Both the position numbers and the translations under genes were made by a program. The notes beneath the pieces are model-generated. The model saw nothing but the letters and a program-made list of their open reading frames with translations, ran no database searches and had not been told where the DNA came from. Positions 63,235-64,000 of a stretch of DNA of 64,000 nt are shown in pieces. Origin of the DNA: Phenylobacterium sp. (GTDB lineage: Bacteria > Pseudomonadota > Alphaproteobacteria > Caulobacterales > Caulobacteraceae); NCBI RefSeq assembly GCF_020402585.1, contig NZ_JADBZH010000125.1, one strand, 5' to 3'. Every line of letters begins with the position of its first letter. Positions within the stretch are counted from its first letter, which is position 1.

Positions 63235-64000
63235 CGCGTCGACCTCACCGGGAAGGCGTAGAGGGGCAGCAGGGGCCGAAGCTGGGGTCCTATGAACACC
63301 TGAGGCTCCGAGGGTGGCTGGACCCCCTCCTGGACTTCCCGCGCCGCGACGCAGGAACGGACCAGGTTCGCCAGGGCGCCAAAGTCAGGGGCCGAGCCGG
63401 TGCTCTGCAGGAAGCACTCGTCGAAGAAGGGGTATCGGTTGGACTCCCCGCATCCAAAGGAGGTCCGGTCCGGCCGGGCGGCGGTCATCACCATCCGGTT
63501 GGCGGCGCCCAGGTCCGGCACGAAGACACCCGAATAGCAGGCCGAGATCACCGCGATGGTGGGTCGCGCGCCGCAGGTTCTCTCGAGCATCGACGCCAGG
63601 ATCCCCGGGGGCAGGATGGACTGGTCCACCACCGCGCCCTGGGGCAGCCCGTGGGTGGTCAGATAGACAAAGCAACCCTCGGGATTCCGGGACGTAAGCT
63701 GGCTCATCCCCTCGAAGATCGCCCTGATGTCCGACTTGGCCAGCCGCTCCTTCCCGTAGCGCTCGGGCCGGACCGAGTACTGGAGGATGTTGCTGGAGTT
63801 GAAGCCCAGTCGGACCAGTTCCGCGGAGATGTCACGGCGAGCATTGTCGAAGGCCTCGCTCGGCCCGCCGCCGGAGCCCTTCCAGTCCCCGGCGATCACA
63901 ACGGCGCTCCAGCTCCGGAACGGAGAGTCCGCCATCGCTCTTCCGGCCAGCACCTGGAAGAGGCCGATCAGGATGAGGATGGAAAGGGCCCGCGCGGGCA
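63231..64000 (-). CDS. Clan CD (C13/legumain-like) cysteine peptidase, 5' end outside the window
   Basis: His-Gly (YLTTHG) and Ala-Cys (VISACYSG) catalytic dyad contexts. The reading frame stays open to position 64000 with a signal-like ALSILILIGLFQVLAG. ATGA overlap with the downstream gene. Confidence 0.7.
   Translation of the reverse strand, partial: PARALSILILIGLFQVLAGRAMADSPFRSWSAVVIAGDWKGSGGGPSEAFDNARRDISAELVRLGFNSSNILQYSVRPERYGKERLAKSDIRAIFEGMSQLTSRNPEGCFVYLTTHGLPQGAVVDQSILPPGILASMLERTCGARPTIAVISACYSGVFVPDLGAANRMVMTAARPDRTSFGCGESNRYPFFDECFLQSTGSAPDFGALANLVRSCVAAREVQEGVQPPSEPQVFIGPQLRPLLPLYAFPVRSTR

Overview
This is a high-GC alphaproteobacterial chromosome segment. The gene content points to Caulobacterales: ctrA, flbD and flbE lie next to fliF-fliG-fliN-flhA and fliI-fliJ. 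Most of the window is ordinary core genome: secA, clpB, argJ, prfA/prmC, ispG, ptsP, lysC, ubiG, a single-chain BC-BCCP-CT acyl-CoA carboxylase, and a class II flagellar cluster adjacent to ctrA. I found no tRNA, rRNA, CRISPR array, transposase or integrase.

The unusual material is three small accessory insertions, each bounded by long direct repeats.

1. Positions 1-2561 form a visibly lower-GC array of ORF cassettes co-oriented with, and downstream of, a Nudix gene. The cassettes are separated by a ~164-bp element with 16-nt terminal inverted repeats (two full copies plus one 58-bp partial copy abutting the Nudix stop codon). The main cassette is an overlapping gene pair: a 2TM protein and a possible cupin protein, both of unknown function.
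2. An 82-bp, 81/82-identical duplication of the head-to-head methyltransferase/comF start region brackets a ~1.4-kb cassette. The cassette encodes a membrane-anchored LytTR regulator and a divergent secreted Cys-containing small protein.
3. A 109-bp copy of the 3' region of a WYL regulator gene brackets a hairpin-repeat (REP/RIME-like) array and a lipoprotein gene.

The same hairpin-repeat family recurs in inverted orientation after argJ. All functional interpretations of the cassettes are inference. No homology search could be run, and gene calls rest on recognisable motifs in the supplied ORF translations.
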